Positions 41,039 to 54,191 of a stretch of DNA of 64,000 bases are shown piece after piece. The notes under the pieces are model-generated. The model had not been told where the DNA came from. It saw nothing but the letters and a program-made list of their open reading frames with translations, and did no database searches. Position numbers and translations under genes: made by a program. Source of the DNA: Rhynchobatus australiae (Eukaryota); NCBI GenBank assembly GCA_034780895.1, contig JAUZTB010000094.1:10264651-10328650 (forward strand), read 5' to 3'. How positions within the stretch are numbered: position 1 is the stretch's first letter; every line of letters starts with the position of its first letter.

Positions 41039-41364
41039 CTGAAAGAGAAGAGAGCATTTTATGAATCTTAATATTGTGGGTCAAATATGTCCTTAAATAG
41101 AATGATCTTGCTATTCCAGCACCTGAAAACCATTATATACTTCAAACATTCTGCAGCATTGCAGATAGGTTTCTTTCCTTTTTTGACAAAAGGACCTAGA
41201 GCACTATTGATTTTTTTTTAAGCAGACAATCTAGGCTGACACCTCAATATTATAAACATTTGTTATGGGTCTCAATGAACATCTTAGCCTAGATATTCCT
41301 TTACTACCTTTTAATGGAAATGAAACAGCATTGTGTGTCATCCTAAAGTTGCTTGTAGAAGATC

Positions 41365-41690
41365 CCATAAGAAGGCATATGGCGTATTTTCCTTCATCAG
41401 TCGGGGAATTGAATTTAGAAGCCGGGAGGTATNNNNNNNNNNNNNNNNNNNNNNNNNNNNNNNNNNNNNNNNNNNNNNNNNNNNNNNNNNNNNNNNNNNN
41501 NNNNNNNNNNNNNNNNNNNNNNNNNNNNNNNNTTTCAAGAGACTGTTAGATAGGTACATGGAGCTAAGTAAAACAGAGGGCTATGGGTAAGCAGAGTAAT
41601 TTCTAGGGTAGGGAGATGCTCGGCACAGCTTCGTGGGCCAAAGGGCCTGAATTGTGCCGTAGTTTTTCTACGTTTTCTATTCTATGTTCG
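41365..41690 (+). mobile_element. CR1 LINE 3' fragment (gap inside)
   Basis: KKAYGVFSFISRGIEFRSREV...FKRLLDRYM; tail ttctattctatgttc. Confidence 0.85.
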
Positions 41691-42464
41691 AGATCACAAT
41701 CTTCAATATGTAGATTTACAGAAGAGCATTATTGGGTTCCCTTTATAATGCCAAGACGTCAGTTTGCCCATATGCTACTCTGTGGATCAATTGCCAAGAC
41801 CTTGCAGATGTCTGCAATTAGTCTCATGGGTGTAACACACAGACAGGGACATTCACACTTTAGAAGCAGCAACTTCCAACTACAGCAAAGTGATACCGCT
41901 TACAGGAGAGGTGGTCAGTGGGACTTGGGCAGGCAAGTAGAGAACACTATACATGTCCTTTATGAAGGAGGTTGCCTGTAATGTCTTAGTTAGGACATGC
42001 GTATAGAGTATGAATGCTGCACTTTGGAATTCCTGCAATATAGGCAAATCCCTGTGCCCAATCTGCCTGCTTCTGTGAGGTTAAGGAAAAGTAGATGAAA
42101 CCTTCTCTTCTTTGGAATGGTGCTTAGGCCACTTCCCTAATGCAATAAGTGAGCAACAAACTGTGAAGCCAAGCAGTGGTTAGTGGCAACGGGCTGTAAT
42201 ATTCCAGAGGCTGGGAAGCCGAGAGTGAATGCAAACTACATTTCCATAGATAAAGTAGCCGAGGCACATCTGTGAGCCTACGTAAGGTCGCAGGAAGCCA
42301 TAAATCTGAGTGAGAACTGCCTTAGTATGGGGAGTCTCCTCAGAGAAGTTTAGATAAAAGCATTTGTCTCTGTAAACTCTGGATGGATAAAGTCTTAGGT
42401 GATTAATTCTTCTCTGCCCCCTTCTACACGGTCCTCATGGCTGATGCTTATGGTCTAAGTCCTT

Positions 42465-42700
42465 AATGGAGGATGAGGGGGGACCTGATAGAGGTGTCTG
42501 AGATGATGAGAGGCATCGATAGTGTGGATAGTCAGAGGCTTTCTCCCAGGGCTGAAATGGTTGCCACAAGAGGACACAGGTTTAAAGGTGCTGGGGAGTA
42601 GGTACAGAGGAGATGTCAGGGTAAGTTTTTTTTTACTCAGAGTGGTGAGTGCGTGGAATGGGCTGCTGGCAACGGTGGTGGAGGCAGATCCGATAGGGTC
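42465..42700 (+). mobile_element. CR1 LINE 3' fragment
   Basis: ggaggatgaggggggacctgatagaggtg (RMRGDLIEV)...RVVSAWNGL.ATVVEAD. Confidence 0.85.
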
Positions 42701-44519
42701 NNNNNNNNNNNNNNNNNNNNNNNNNNNNNNNNNNNNNNNNNNNNNNNNNNNNNNNNNNNNNNNNNNNNNNNNNNNNNNNNNNNNNNNNNNNNNNNNNNNN
42801 NNNNNNNNNNNNNNNNNNNNNNNNNNNNNNNNNNNNNNNNNNNNNNNNNNNNNNNNNNNNNNNNNNNNNNNNNNNNNNNNNNNNNNNNNNNNNNNNNNNN
42901 NNNNNNNNNNNNNNNNNNNNNNNNNNNNNNNNNNNNNNNNNNNNNNCTGCAGTGTGTTCTGGAGCGGCCTGACAAAGATGGCAGTTTGATTGCTGCCTCA
43001 TTGAATAGCCTAGTTTCAGAGGACACAGTGTAACTAAAAGCTGATTGTTCTGGGAGTGGACACCAACTGTTGGTTTTCAGACCAGCGAGGTAGAACATCA
43101 CACTGGAGACTATTTTGAGCATTGCTGGCATCATTTTGGGAGGGAGAGATGGATAGAGTTACAATGGAAACATGTTTATAACAAAAATCCCACTGGGATG
43201 TCAGGGGTCAAATTTCCTACCCAGAAACTGCCGTTTTGTTCTACTCCAGATTAAGCCTATTTCCAACTGCACAGCACTACTCAATTTGGCATTGTGCATT
43301 TCTAGGCCCACATGTTGTTATGTGTTGAGGAGGGAGTTTTCCTGCTGTCTTCATCAACAATCTTTCGTTAATCTACACCACCAAAACACACTAACTTGCT
43401 ATTCCTCTGATTGCAGTTTTTAGTATCTTGCTGGGTGTAAAACTGCTTCCATTTCTGTCCATATCACATTCATCGCAATTGCAAATAACACATCATATAT
43501 AAAAATCATTGACATGTAGAAGAAAGATATAATATTGCTACGAACAAGAAAACTTCCCTTTGTGGCTGTATGTTCAACAAAATCTTTGCTAGATACATTT
43601 TTGGCCATCCTATTGATCACTTTCTACACATTCAAATCAATAGTGCAAGGAGCTGTTGCCTGAACAAAGAAAAATATCTAACCTAAATCATCGTTGCTAT
43701 AAATGGGTATAAATTCTTTGAAATAGACTTTTGTGGCCTGGTAATGAATTGATCTCAAAGTGCAATGTATTGGCAGCCATTGGCCAGGAGACCATGAATG
43801 GTGGACGCGAGGCAGCACCGGGCAGGAGGCTGAAGATTCCCGAGGCTTTGCAGGGAGAGGTTCAGGGAGGAAGGGGGTTACGCATGCTAAGCTGCAAGCC
43901 AAGCGTTCAACAGCTGACGTTGGGGTGGGGGAAGAGAGCCTGGGAATTGAGAGAGAAAAGAAGGGAGAGAGGGTCTAAGATAAAAGGGAGCAAGTGAAGG
44001 CAGAAAGGGCAGAAAGGGAGGGGACACCCAGGTCACGTCACAGTGCCTGTGCATCACCCTGGCACAGCTCATTGATAAGGGACTGCTACTCTGTGACAGA
44101 GCATGGGGTAAGAGGAAGGGGAGGAGGGAGGAGGGATGAGGTAAGGTGAAAGAAGGAAAGTGTAAAGAGCAGAAGGCCAGAGAAAAGTGATAGTGAAAGG
44201 TGACCAATGGAAGGAAGCAAGGAATGGTGGGGGGTGGTCAGCAGCACTGTGCTCAAGAGGGGAAGGGGAACTAAGAGTTGGAGGGAGGGGGACTGAAAGA
44301 AGTTGGGTGAAGGTTACAGGTCACTGAAAGAACAGATCGGCAATGGGGAGAATTGAGTGAGGAGATAGCAGAGAGCAAGATGCGTATGGGAGGGAGGGGG
44401 AGGGGGAATGCATACATGTTGACAGGCTCCTGTGCATGTGCATGTGTGTTAATACCCATACACCCAAGCCTGGGCCCAGTTACCTTGGACTCCCTCACCA
44501 CTGGATCAAGACCTCACTC

Positions 44520-45480
44520 TATCCAGTCTGTGAGGTAGCTGGCGTACAACAGCTATCCCACGTTAAATGGAAACCACACACAGGCAAATTCCACTCCTCA
44601 ACATGAAGTTCAGGATCTGGAATATCAGGACCCTCATGGTTAATCCCACAACTGAGAGCCCAATCACAGACCAGGAGCTTAGGCACTTTGAAATCCACAT
44701 CATTGCTGAGAGATACAACAGGCAAGTAATGGCCAGCTCAAAGAACAAGTGGTGGCTACATCTTCTCCCAGAACAGCAAACCTGAAGAGGAACACGTTCT
44801 CTGTGGGGAGGGATTTGCTGTCAAGAACGAGCTATTCTAGTAACACAACAACTCCCTTGTGGGGTAAGTGAACATCTTGGGACCCCCCCCGGTTCGCTTA
44901 AAAGTAGAACTAACATGCGATGGCCATCAGCACGTACACCATGACCATGGAAGCTATGGATGAGATCAAGGAGGGCATTTCCCACCTTGAATAATCCCTG
45001 GCCAGAATCCCAGCGGAATCCCCTCCCCTCCCTGGTAACTTCAGTGCCAGAGTCAGAAAGGAGACGAACCTCTGACAAGGTGTGATTGGCAGGGCGGGAG
45101 TTGGGAAGATTAACTCCAATGGAGTTGTCCTCCTTGNNNNNNNNNNNNNNNNNNNNNNNNNNNNNNNNNNNNNNNNNNNNNNNNNNNNNNNNNNNNNNNN
45201 NNNNNNNNNNNNNNNNNNNNNNNNNNNNNNNNNNNNATCATCCTGGGTGACTTCAGTGCCACAAGTGGAAAATAAAACACAATTCTTTGGAATAGCATGA
45301 TTGACATGGGAGGAGTGGAGAAAGCTAACAGGAATAAAAGAGTCCTCCTGACAAGATGCTTGGAGCACAGTCTTGTCAGAACCAACACTGTTTTGTCAGG
45401 GACACAAACACAAACATGATAGCAACACCCCAATCCAGGCACTGGGACCCAGTTAGGTTATGTCATCCTCCAGGCAGAAA
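44520..45480 (+). mobile_element. RTE-clade LINE endonuclease-region remnants
   Basis: FRIWNIRTLM, G.FSARV, IGRAGVGKINSNGVVLL and HP....HW..L.YVI-like motifs of RTE APE endonuclease. Confidence 0.75.
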
Positions 45481-45614
45481 TAAGCTGCTGCAGGAAAATC
45501 AATGGAAGGTCTCAAAGTCCACACAAAGGTAAATGAAAATCAAAACTATGCAGATGCTGGAAATCTGAAATGAAAACTTAAAAAGCTGAAAACATTCAGG
45601 GTTCTAAATTTTCA

Positions 45615-45824
<210 letters not shown>

Positions 45825-47895
45825 CTAAAGTTGACTTGTATAAAAAAAGCTGTTCCACAACATACAGCTCCAGTACAGCAAGGTGAACAACTGCCACCTG
45901 TAATCCTCATGAGAAACTGTTAGCTGAATCTGTCCTCAGGCTCGGGACTGTGAACCCATGAATGGCAAAACCTTTGCATGATGCAAAACTTTCAAACAGG
46001 TGGGTGCGTATTAAAATAATAAAATCATGACCTTAACTGTCATTTCAATATAGCAAGAATAATCTGAAGTAACATTTCCCCTGTTCCATGTGTAGCAAAG
46101 CCATAAATGTATTTATGAAGAATGATCTGATGATCACTTACAAAATTGCTTGTTTCAATGCACTTCACAATACCAATATCATCCTGCCAAAGTCATGACG
46201 ACNNNNNNNNNNGGCAAGCTATGTAGATCAGGGAGTAATCAGGGAAGGATAATAAATGCTGACCTCGCCAGAGATGTCCACAATTTGTGATTGAATTAAT
46301 AAACAAAAACATCACATGTACATGAAGCTGTTTTCCTCAACCATCACTCTTCTACAGTCCAGAGGAACTGACCTCACATCATTCAAGTCCTGTCTGTACA
46401 AGCATAGCCAGTACACCTTGTCAATAATTTTATTCCATTCCGCACTGTCACCTCTGGACTTCACAAAGAAACCAGCCTTTGTTCCCCCTTCTTCCTCATT
46501 TATATTCCTTCAACTTTGTTAATAATGTCAGACTGCCTGTCTTGATACCTGAAAATTTGATTTAGCTCTCACAATGGGTGTGGTGTCTCACTTAGGGCTG
46601 AGCATGAATTTGTAAGAATGAGAGCGTTAATGGAATCAGAGTTACGAGAGATCATTGTAGCACTATATAAAAACGTACATATGCTTTACGGATAGCGCTG
46701 TTGTGCCAGCAGCCTGGTGTGAACCCAACTTCCTTGCCCTCTCTGGTAACGACCTCAATGATAACAGCTTCCATCACATCCAACAGGGAGTGACGAAGGA
46801 GGCCATTGGATCTTGTGGTCTGACACAGTTCCAGCTCCCACCAATAGCCACACTCACCATGCCAACCAGGGGGTAGCCCCGAGCTCGCATCTAAACATCG
46901 AGGGACCACACTGATCTTCCTGCCCAGCCTAACATCAACCCCCACAGGTGCCCTCTCCACACCAACCTGAGGGCAATTCATTGCTGTGGGAGCACCAGCA
47001 GTGATTCATACTATGTACCTGTGAGCATTCAGACTGGAGGACCAAGAACATTATTAACAAGTCAATGTTCTGCAGAGTGGCACTGTATGGGGTACCAGTA
47101 TAGTTTTCCCCCACCCCATACACGACTCATTACTGATTTTATTTCCTTTTGCCTAATCAGCTCTTTAGAAAAGACTTTTTAAAACCTGTCCAATTCTGAA
47201 ATGAGCTTTAAACCCCACCTTCTACCCATTACCAAAGTCATTTACTTCCACCTTCCCAATACTGCCCACATCAACCCCAATGTCAGGTTTACTGTCACCG
47301 AAACTCTGATCCATGCTATTGTCACTTGTAGGTTCGATTCCTCTGATATGCTCAATGTGAACCTCCTATCCTCTATAGTCATGCAAAAAGCTATGGAACA
47401 ACTATTCAATATTTACTCGCAGAGGTTTGGTTAATGCCATTAATAAGGTTAGCTTGTCAATAATAAAAGACATTTATTGTAATGCACATTCAAACTGTGA
47501 TCCATTTTAGTAGGAAATTTTGAAACAAATCTGCAAATGAATATAACTGCAGTTTAAAAAAAATTAACATTTCAAGGAGTTTATCAGATTCTTTCCATTT
47601 AAAGCATACTTGGTTTTCATTTAAAAATAACTGCAGAAATTTCCCCTCAGCACTGCTCAAGTAGATTCTTAGCTGTGCAGGATATTGTAACGTTTGCCCT
47701 TCTGCCACCATTTTATTTCCCTTTAAACACAAAAGTCAGGAGGTCAGATAAGTGTAGTTGTAAGTGTAGCCATTCTGAATGCAGTTCACCAAGTTCAGAA
47801 TGTCTGAGAGTTAAATGAATTAGACCAATTGCACCACCATCTCACATTGATGGAAGTGCGTGTTGCTCTCTCTCTTTAACCTTTTCTGTAAATTA

Positions 47896-48078
<183 letters not shown>

Positions 48079-48239
48079 TTAGACACAAGGAAGCTCAAAG
48101 TCTATATGATTGTTTCTGATTCTGTTCTTCTTCCTAGGTACTGTCTCAGGCTGATAAAATGTAATTCTGGCTTCTTGTGCTGCACTTGCAACCTCAAACT
48201 CTCTCAACCAGGCTCAATGGGTTGAATGTCCTACAGTTC

Positions 48240-48770
48240 ATCTAAAGACCACTATTTCCATAACATTACCAACCTCTGCCCCTAATTTACCCCACCGACC
48301 TCATCTACGCTGTTATTATTTCCAAATTTAACAATTCTATTGCTGTCTTAGTTGGCCTGCCATCTCTTGCCCTCTAAACCTTTGCTCATTCAAAATTTCA
48401 CTTCCATTTTCCCATCTCACACAAGGTCCTGCATATTGTCATCAATGTCACAGCACTTCTAATTTAAAATATTTAATTTTGTGTTTAAATCTCTTCCTGA
48501 GCTTTTCTGACCTCGTCAACCCTGCAAGTTTGCCCTTTTGGGCATCTCATCTGCCAATCCCACCACTGGAGCTGTGCCTTCAGCTGCCTAGGGCCCAAGC
48601 TCCCTGGGCCTTTGTTCCTCTCTTATCACCCATTTTTAACCCATCTATTGACCAAGCTTTCTGTCACCGATATCAATGTCTTGCTTGACTTAGCACCCCA
48701 TTTCTATCTTTGACACGTCTTGGGATGTTTTTCTATGTGAAAGATGCTATGTAAGTACAAGTTGTGGTTC
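48240..48770 (+). mobile_element. Decayed L2-like LINE 3' region
   Basis: Homologous to 9640-10290; ends cttgggatgtttttctatgtgaaagatgctatgtaagtacaagttgt. Confidence 0.55.
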
Positions 48771-49817
48771 TGAAGCAGAGTCATTAGATAAACGAGTATC
48801 AATACATGTACCCATTTAAAAAAACTTAAGAGTTCTTGTTGTAAAATGTCAATGGGGGTTGGGAAGGGCACTCTCAATTCACAAGGGGGGGGGGGGAAAG
48901 AAGGTGGAAATGAAAATATATTTATTACCATGTTGGATATTCCTATTTCTCTAGGTTCTCAAGCACTTGTTTTGTGTTCCACTGACCAAAATTTCATTCA
49001 GTTCTATCCTGGCTACTGCCATAGAGGTGTTGCATCCAAAATTCCAGTAGAAACGCAAAACATAATTGCTTGAAGAAAGTTTTCTTCCTTTGCCTCTAAT
49101 AAGTTACCCAAAACTCCCCAACTCTCAAATGTCTGTTATCCTTTCGAAGTTGAGATTCAGACATACATGGTCACCAAAGACACAAATACATTTCACCAAA
49201 TGCTCTTCCCAAAGAAGCAGCTAAAATTTAGGATTCTGTGGATAAGTTATTACAGGGAGGAGAGAAAGACATTTCTCCACGTCTGCTGGCTATTATGTTA
49301 CATCATGGGTCACTATTTTTGTAACACAATTCCTTCCACATCACAACAAAGGCAGAGGAACAAATGTGGAAATACTCTGTTTTAAAAAAAGTGCCCTTTT
49401 CAGAGCCAATAACTGAAAGTGCAAAACTGGCAGGAATGTGAACTGGGCAAGAAAATCAGAGTACGGCATGTGCAAAACTCCCAAAAAATGTCAGACTAGA
49501 AGGCTGCATACAAAAGTGGTTCATGAAAAATATTGGGTGTTTAGCTGTTTCTGCCCAAGATAAACAGAGCACATAAAATGCTATGACTGGCAACTTTGAA
49601 GTTGGCATTAAATTATCAGGGGATACCTCTTTTTGGATGATGTAAGCAAATGGCCATTTTTGTGTGGGTGCTTTAAGTGATAGATATTGTATCAGCATTA
49701 TTATTAGATCAACGATAAAAAGGGGCCTGGGAGTAGTCAGCTTATTAGTCTAATCACATTAGTCAGGGTTTCACTAAGAAACAGCATACTAAATAAATCA
49801 CCAATAACTTATACTTA

Positions 49818-49988
<171 letters not shown>

Positions 49989-50089
49989 TTAGTTATGAAG
50001 CTGCACCAGCAAGTTTTCTCATTTAGATGAAGTGGATTTTTAATGAAGGAGAAAAGGGAAGGCTTAATTTCATTTTCTTAAATTTTTAA

Positions 50090-50520
50090 TCAGTGAAGGG
50101 TTTTGGGATACAGCATCTTTAGAACTGTCACTCTGTGGATGATGCACAGAGGTCTCAGCTATCTGTTAAGTGAAAGTAAAAGGTCCTATGGTACTACTCA
50201 AAAACACCAATATTCCTACTTCATTCACTACCAAAACAGATCAATTTGTAATTTAAAATGAAANNNNNNNNNNNNNGCAGATGCTGGAAATCTGAAATTA
50301 AAACAGAAAATGTTGGAAAATTCAGGACAAAGAAAAGGGTCTTCGACCTAAAAGATTAATTGTTTTTCTTTCTACAGATGCTGAATATTTCCAATATTTT
50401 ATGTTTTATTTCAATTGGTAACTCATCTCATTAACTTATGCAGGAGTTTTGTTATACAAACTGGCTATCACATTGACCATACAACAAAAGTGGACGTACT
50501 CCAGAAGTAATTAATGGGAC
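50090..50520 (+). mobile_element. Deu-domain-like SINE remnant interrupted by the palindromic repeat (50277-50412)
   Basis: agaggtctc...gtaaaaggtcctatggtactactc resembles the recalled Deu core (GAGGTCCTG...TAAAGATCCCATGGCACT); tail caacaaaagtggacgtactccagaagtaattaatgg. Confidence 0.45.
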
Positions 50521-53500
50521 CTGAATGCCGACAAATTGATTGCGCAGCACTGTTTTTTCTCAGCACTAATGATCCAAAATCAATGTTAGCCGGAGTAAAT
50601 TATGCCAACGATCAATTCTGGTGGAAAATCGCATCAATCATGAAACTGAACTGAGCAGTGGATTGGGATCCATGCTACTAGGCTGATAATTTCCTAACAT
50701 CTGACACACACCTAATGACATTAATTGACTTGCTATGCACCTTTGAAGCCTAAATTGGAGCTCCCAGATCCAGGAAAATGCTGACATTAAGCAGCCACAA
50801 AAGAACAAGCAGCATAAGTCAGTGAGTTCACAATTTAGACACAACTGAAAGGGCCACTCAGTTTACAACAGGATACTTCATGAGGCATTTCCAAAAGTCA
50901 CTGGNNNNNNNNNNNNNNNNNNNNNNNNNNNNNNNNNNNNNNNNNNNNNNNNNNNNNNNNNNNNNNNNNNNNNNNNNNNNNNNNNNNNNNNNNNNNNNNN
51001 NNNNAAACTTGCCAAAGAGGATTACAAGGCTGTCCAGTGTATCAGTATAGCAATAGTACTCAGCTAAAATACATTCAAATGAGCAAGAATTTAACTATTG
51101 AGGAACTCACTGAATGGATGACACTGGTCCATCTGCCCAAGGGAGAGGACCTTTTAGTCCAGCTTCCTGGCAGTTACTGCCTCGATGGAAAATATGCTCC
51201 ACGTAACCATTTTTATTGAGCACATACAGACATCATCCACAAGTGGGGCACCTGTTGGGCGTTGTGTATGTGGTACGGGATGTGCAAGGGAGATGGGGGG
51301 TGGGCAGGTGACAGAGAAGGAGGAAAGGAGAGAAAACAAGAACAAATAATAGAGCAAATCTCAACATTAAAGATTCATAGTGCAATTCATATCAGCTTGA
51401 CGTAGCCAATGGTCATCTTTATCTGGCACTGCTCCATTGCACAAGTTCATTTCCCTTGCATGCACTTCATTCACTAGTACTTCAATGTCTTTCTCAAAGA
51501 ACCTTAGTTCTCTTTCCACTCTACGTTAGCCAGAAAGTGTTTCGCTACTATCCAGCTGCCACAGGGAGCGTGTTTTTAAACAATAAAGCCCGTTTCCAAT
51601 TGCTGCATGGAAAGGCAATGGCAATAAATTGGGTGCCCTCCTCTTTGGGACCTACACAGGAGTTAACTTGTTTTGGGGCAAAAACCATACTTGTTTGCAG
51701 CCAGTTTCACAATTTTTTTTTAGGGCAGCAGCACTACATGCAATGATGTTTTAGTACAGCCAAAAATTGTGAAATGCTGTTTCTAGGCAGAGGACTTTTG
51801 GGACGTGATAAGGTGCAATACAAATCCTAGCCCTCCTTCTCCCCCCACCCCCCAAGTTGTTCCTTGCTCTGTTACCAAGTCCGATTTTTACTGCTCGCTA
51901 AGAGAAATTAATAAAAACAAAAAATAATGGGGNNNNNNNNNNNNNNNNNNNNNNNNNNNNNNNNNNNNNNNNNNNNNNNNNNNNNNNNNNNNNNNNNNNN
52001 NNNNNNNNNNNNNNCTTTCTCCACAGATGCTGCCTGACCTGTGGAGAATCTCCAGAAATCTATTTTTTTTTCAGCTTTCCAGCACTCTCAGTATTTTGCA
52101 CGAAACAAATAATACTCCATATCACTGTTTCCTGCACTATTTGGCTCTCTTTACAGTATTTGATTTCACACTATGACACTTGCATTTGCTCAAAATTGAA
52201 ACACAAAGTCAAAGTCAAGATGAAAACAAAGAGTTGACAAATGTAAAGCATCAAAATCTCTGATTCAAATTAATGGCCAAAATAATTTTGGCACACTCAA
52301 CTCAAAGCTGCAGACCTAAACCTAAATGGATCCTGCTTTCTGTGCCTCAGTAAACAATTCTTCAATGACCACATATCTTGATGTGATTCTGCAATTTTAC
52401 ACATCACAGAAAAACAAAAAAACTTGTAAGTGTATGTGGAGGTAAATTGCTGGGAACAGCCACCACCTTTCATTTGTGACCTCTGTATAAAACAGGCATT
52501 GCTCAATTCAATGGAAACTAACTTCTGTATCTGTTTTTAACAGTGCATTACCAACTGGCCAATAGTGATGCACCAACTCTAAAGAAAATAATGCAAACAA
52601 AGATGCAAAATAATGCAAAAATGGAGAAAGGCAGTGTTATGGGATTTTAATGCAACTTTGAAAGACTGAGAAATTCAGAACCTGCACAGTAGCCAGTTGT
52701 GTCAGTGCAGGTTCCTAACTGTGCAGAGTTGGGCACCAGAATGGAAGATAGAGTACCAGCTTCAGTCTGCCTTTGAATGGATGACACGTATATATGGTCG
52801 ATACCATTAGACATAAAAGCCACACTGAGAGCAAGGACTAAAAAAAATAATTGAACAACTTCAGCTCAGCTTATGAGGGTAACTTTGTTCAAATATTTTA
52901 GGTATTAATTGACCTCCAAGTTAACTAAAATGGTATCGTAGCCTGAAATTGCAGTTTAGCCTAAGACAGCATTTTGGTAAGAAATTGAAACTTACAGGAG
53001 GAATAATAGGGACCAACTGCTGCTTCCAGCACTTGCTAGAGCTCATTGAGGAGGCTGTACAGCATTTTGGTGGATAGCAATTGACCTAACAATCCTCTTC
53101 CAACAGTAGACAATTATCAGGANNNNNNNNNNNNNNNNNNNNNNNNNNNNNNNNNNNNNNNNNNNNNNNNNNNNNNNNNNNNNNNNNNNNNNNNNNNNNN
53201 NNNNNNNNNNNNNNNNNNNNNNCAGGAGGATTGAATATTTCTTAAACTTACATCACCCTTTACTGTTTCAATAGCTGTGGGACGTTTGAAATACATCAGG
53301 TGACTTTGTCCAGATTTAACCAACATGTCATCACCATTTATCCAGGAAATTCTCCAAGGATTTCACTTTTTTTCTTAAAAATGTACTTCAAAAAGAAAGT
53401 GCTTCACTTCAAAACAAAATGACTCCATTTTAGAAGGGTTACCAGGACAAAGGGATGTTTGGTTTTGCTGGGCATTTCTCCTTAGACTGGATAAGGAATG

Positions 53501-54131
53501 GAAGGACACCAGAGTAGCACCAGCTGCCACAGAGCAGAGACAGGAGGGTTAAGTGCTGTCCTACCACACACCCCTCACAACCCCCAAGCAGAGGACATCC
53601 TTCTTTTACCTGAAAGCCCAGAGCCATGAACCTGTACATCCAGAAACAACCCTGAAATGTGCTGCTGTGTTAGCCAGTACATGTGCTGTTGTGCCAGCTA
53701 GTGTAAATGGAGTCACCATGTAATACTTCAAGAAACTTGTATCTCATCACCACACGAACCATGACCCTATAGGGTTCTGTTTTAGCATCTCCAGACAAAT
53801 TCAAATCGTTGTGATCAACAATAAGTACTAAAATTGCAAGCTTCACACATTTAGAGGTGTCGAGTAAATAAGAAACCAATTTTGGACCCACTTTCACAAA
53901 CGGTATTTTAATAGGGAACAGAGAACATAAGCCTGTATTTTCCAAATAAAATTTAGCTCCGAAGGTGAAAATATTCAAAACTAACTTTCAAAACGTTATA
54001 CACATGTGCAATATATTTCAATATGTAAAGCTGTCTGCAGCTTGATGAAAGCTTAAGTTTGCCTTCATGAACAAGCTGGTCATCACACACCATGCTATTT
54101 ATGCTAACGCACACACCAAAATTTTACTCAC

Positions 54132-54191
54132 TTATCATCACTGATAAAGTCCAAAATTTCTTGTTCTAATTTTAGCAGCATCATCCTGTCC
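54132..54191 (-). CDS. R3HDM2: R3HDM2 coding exon (60 nt), start of R3H domain: DRMMLLKLEQEILDFISDDN
   Basis: ctcttacag|GGACAGG...GATAA|gtgagt; phase 2 to 2. Confidence 0.96.

Noticed and set aside
43683-43737. Candidate for the missing small exon (ATKVYF...NDDL)
   Set aside because: Wrong end phase and no similarity; the real exon is 41007-41038.
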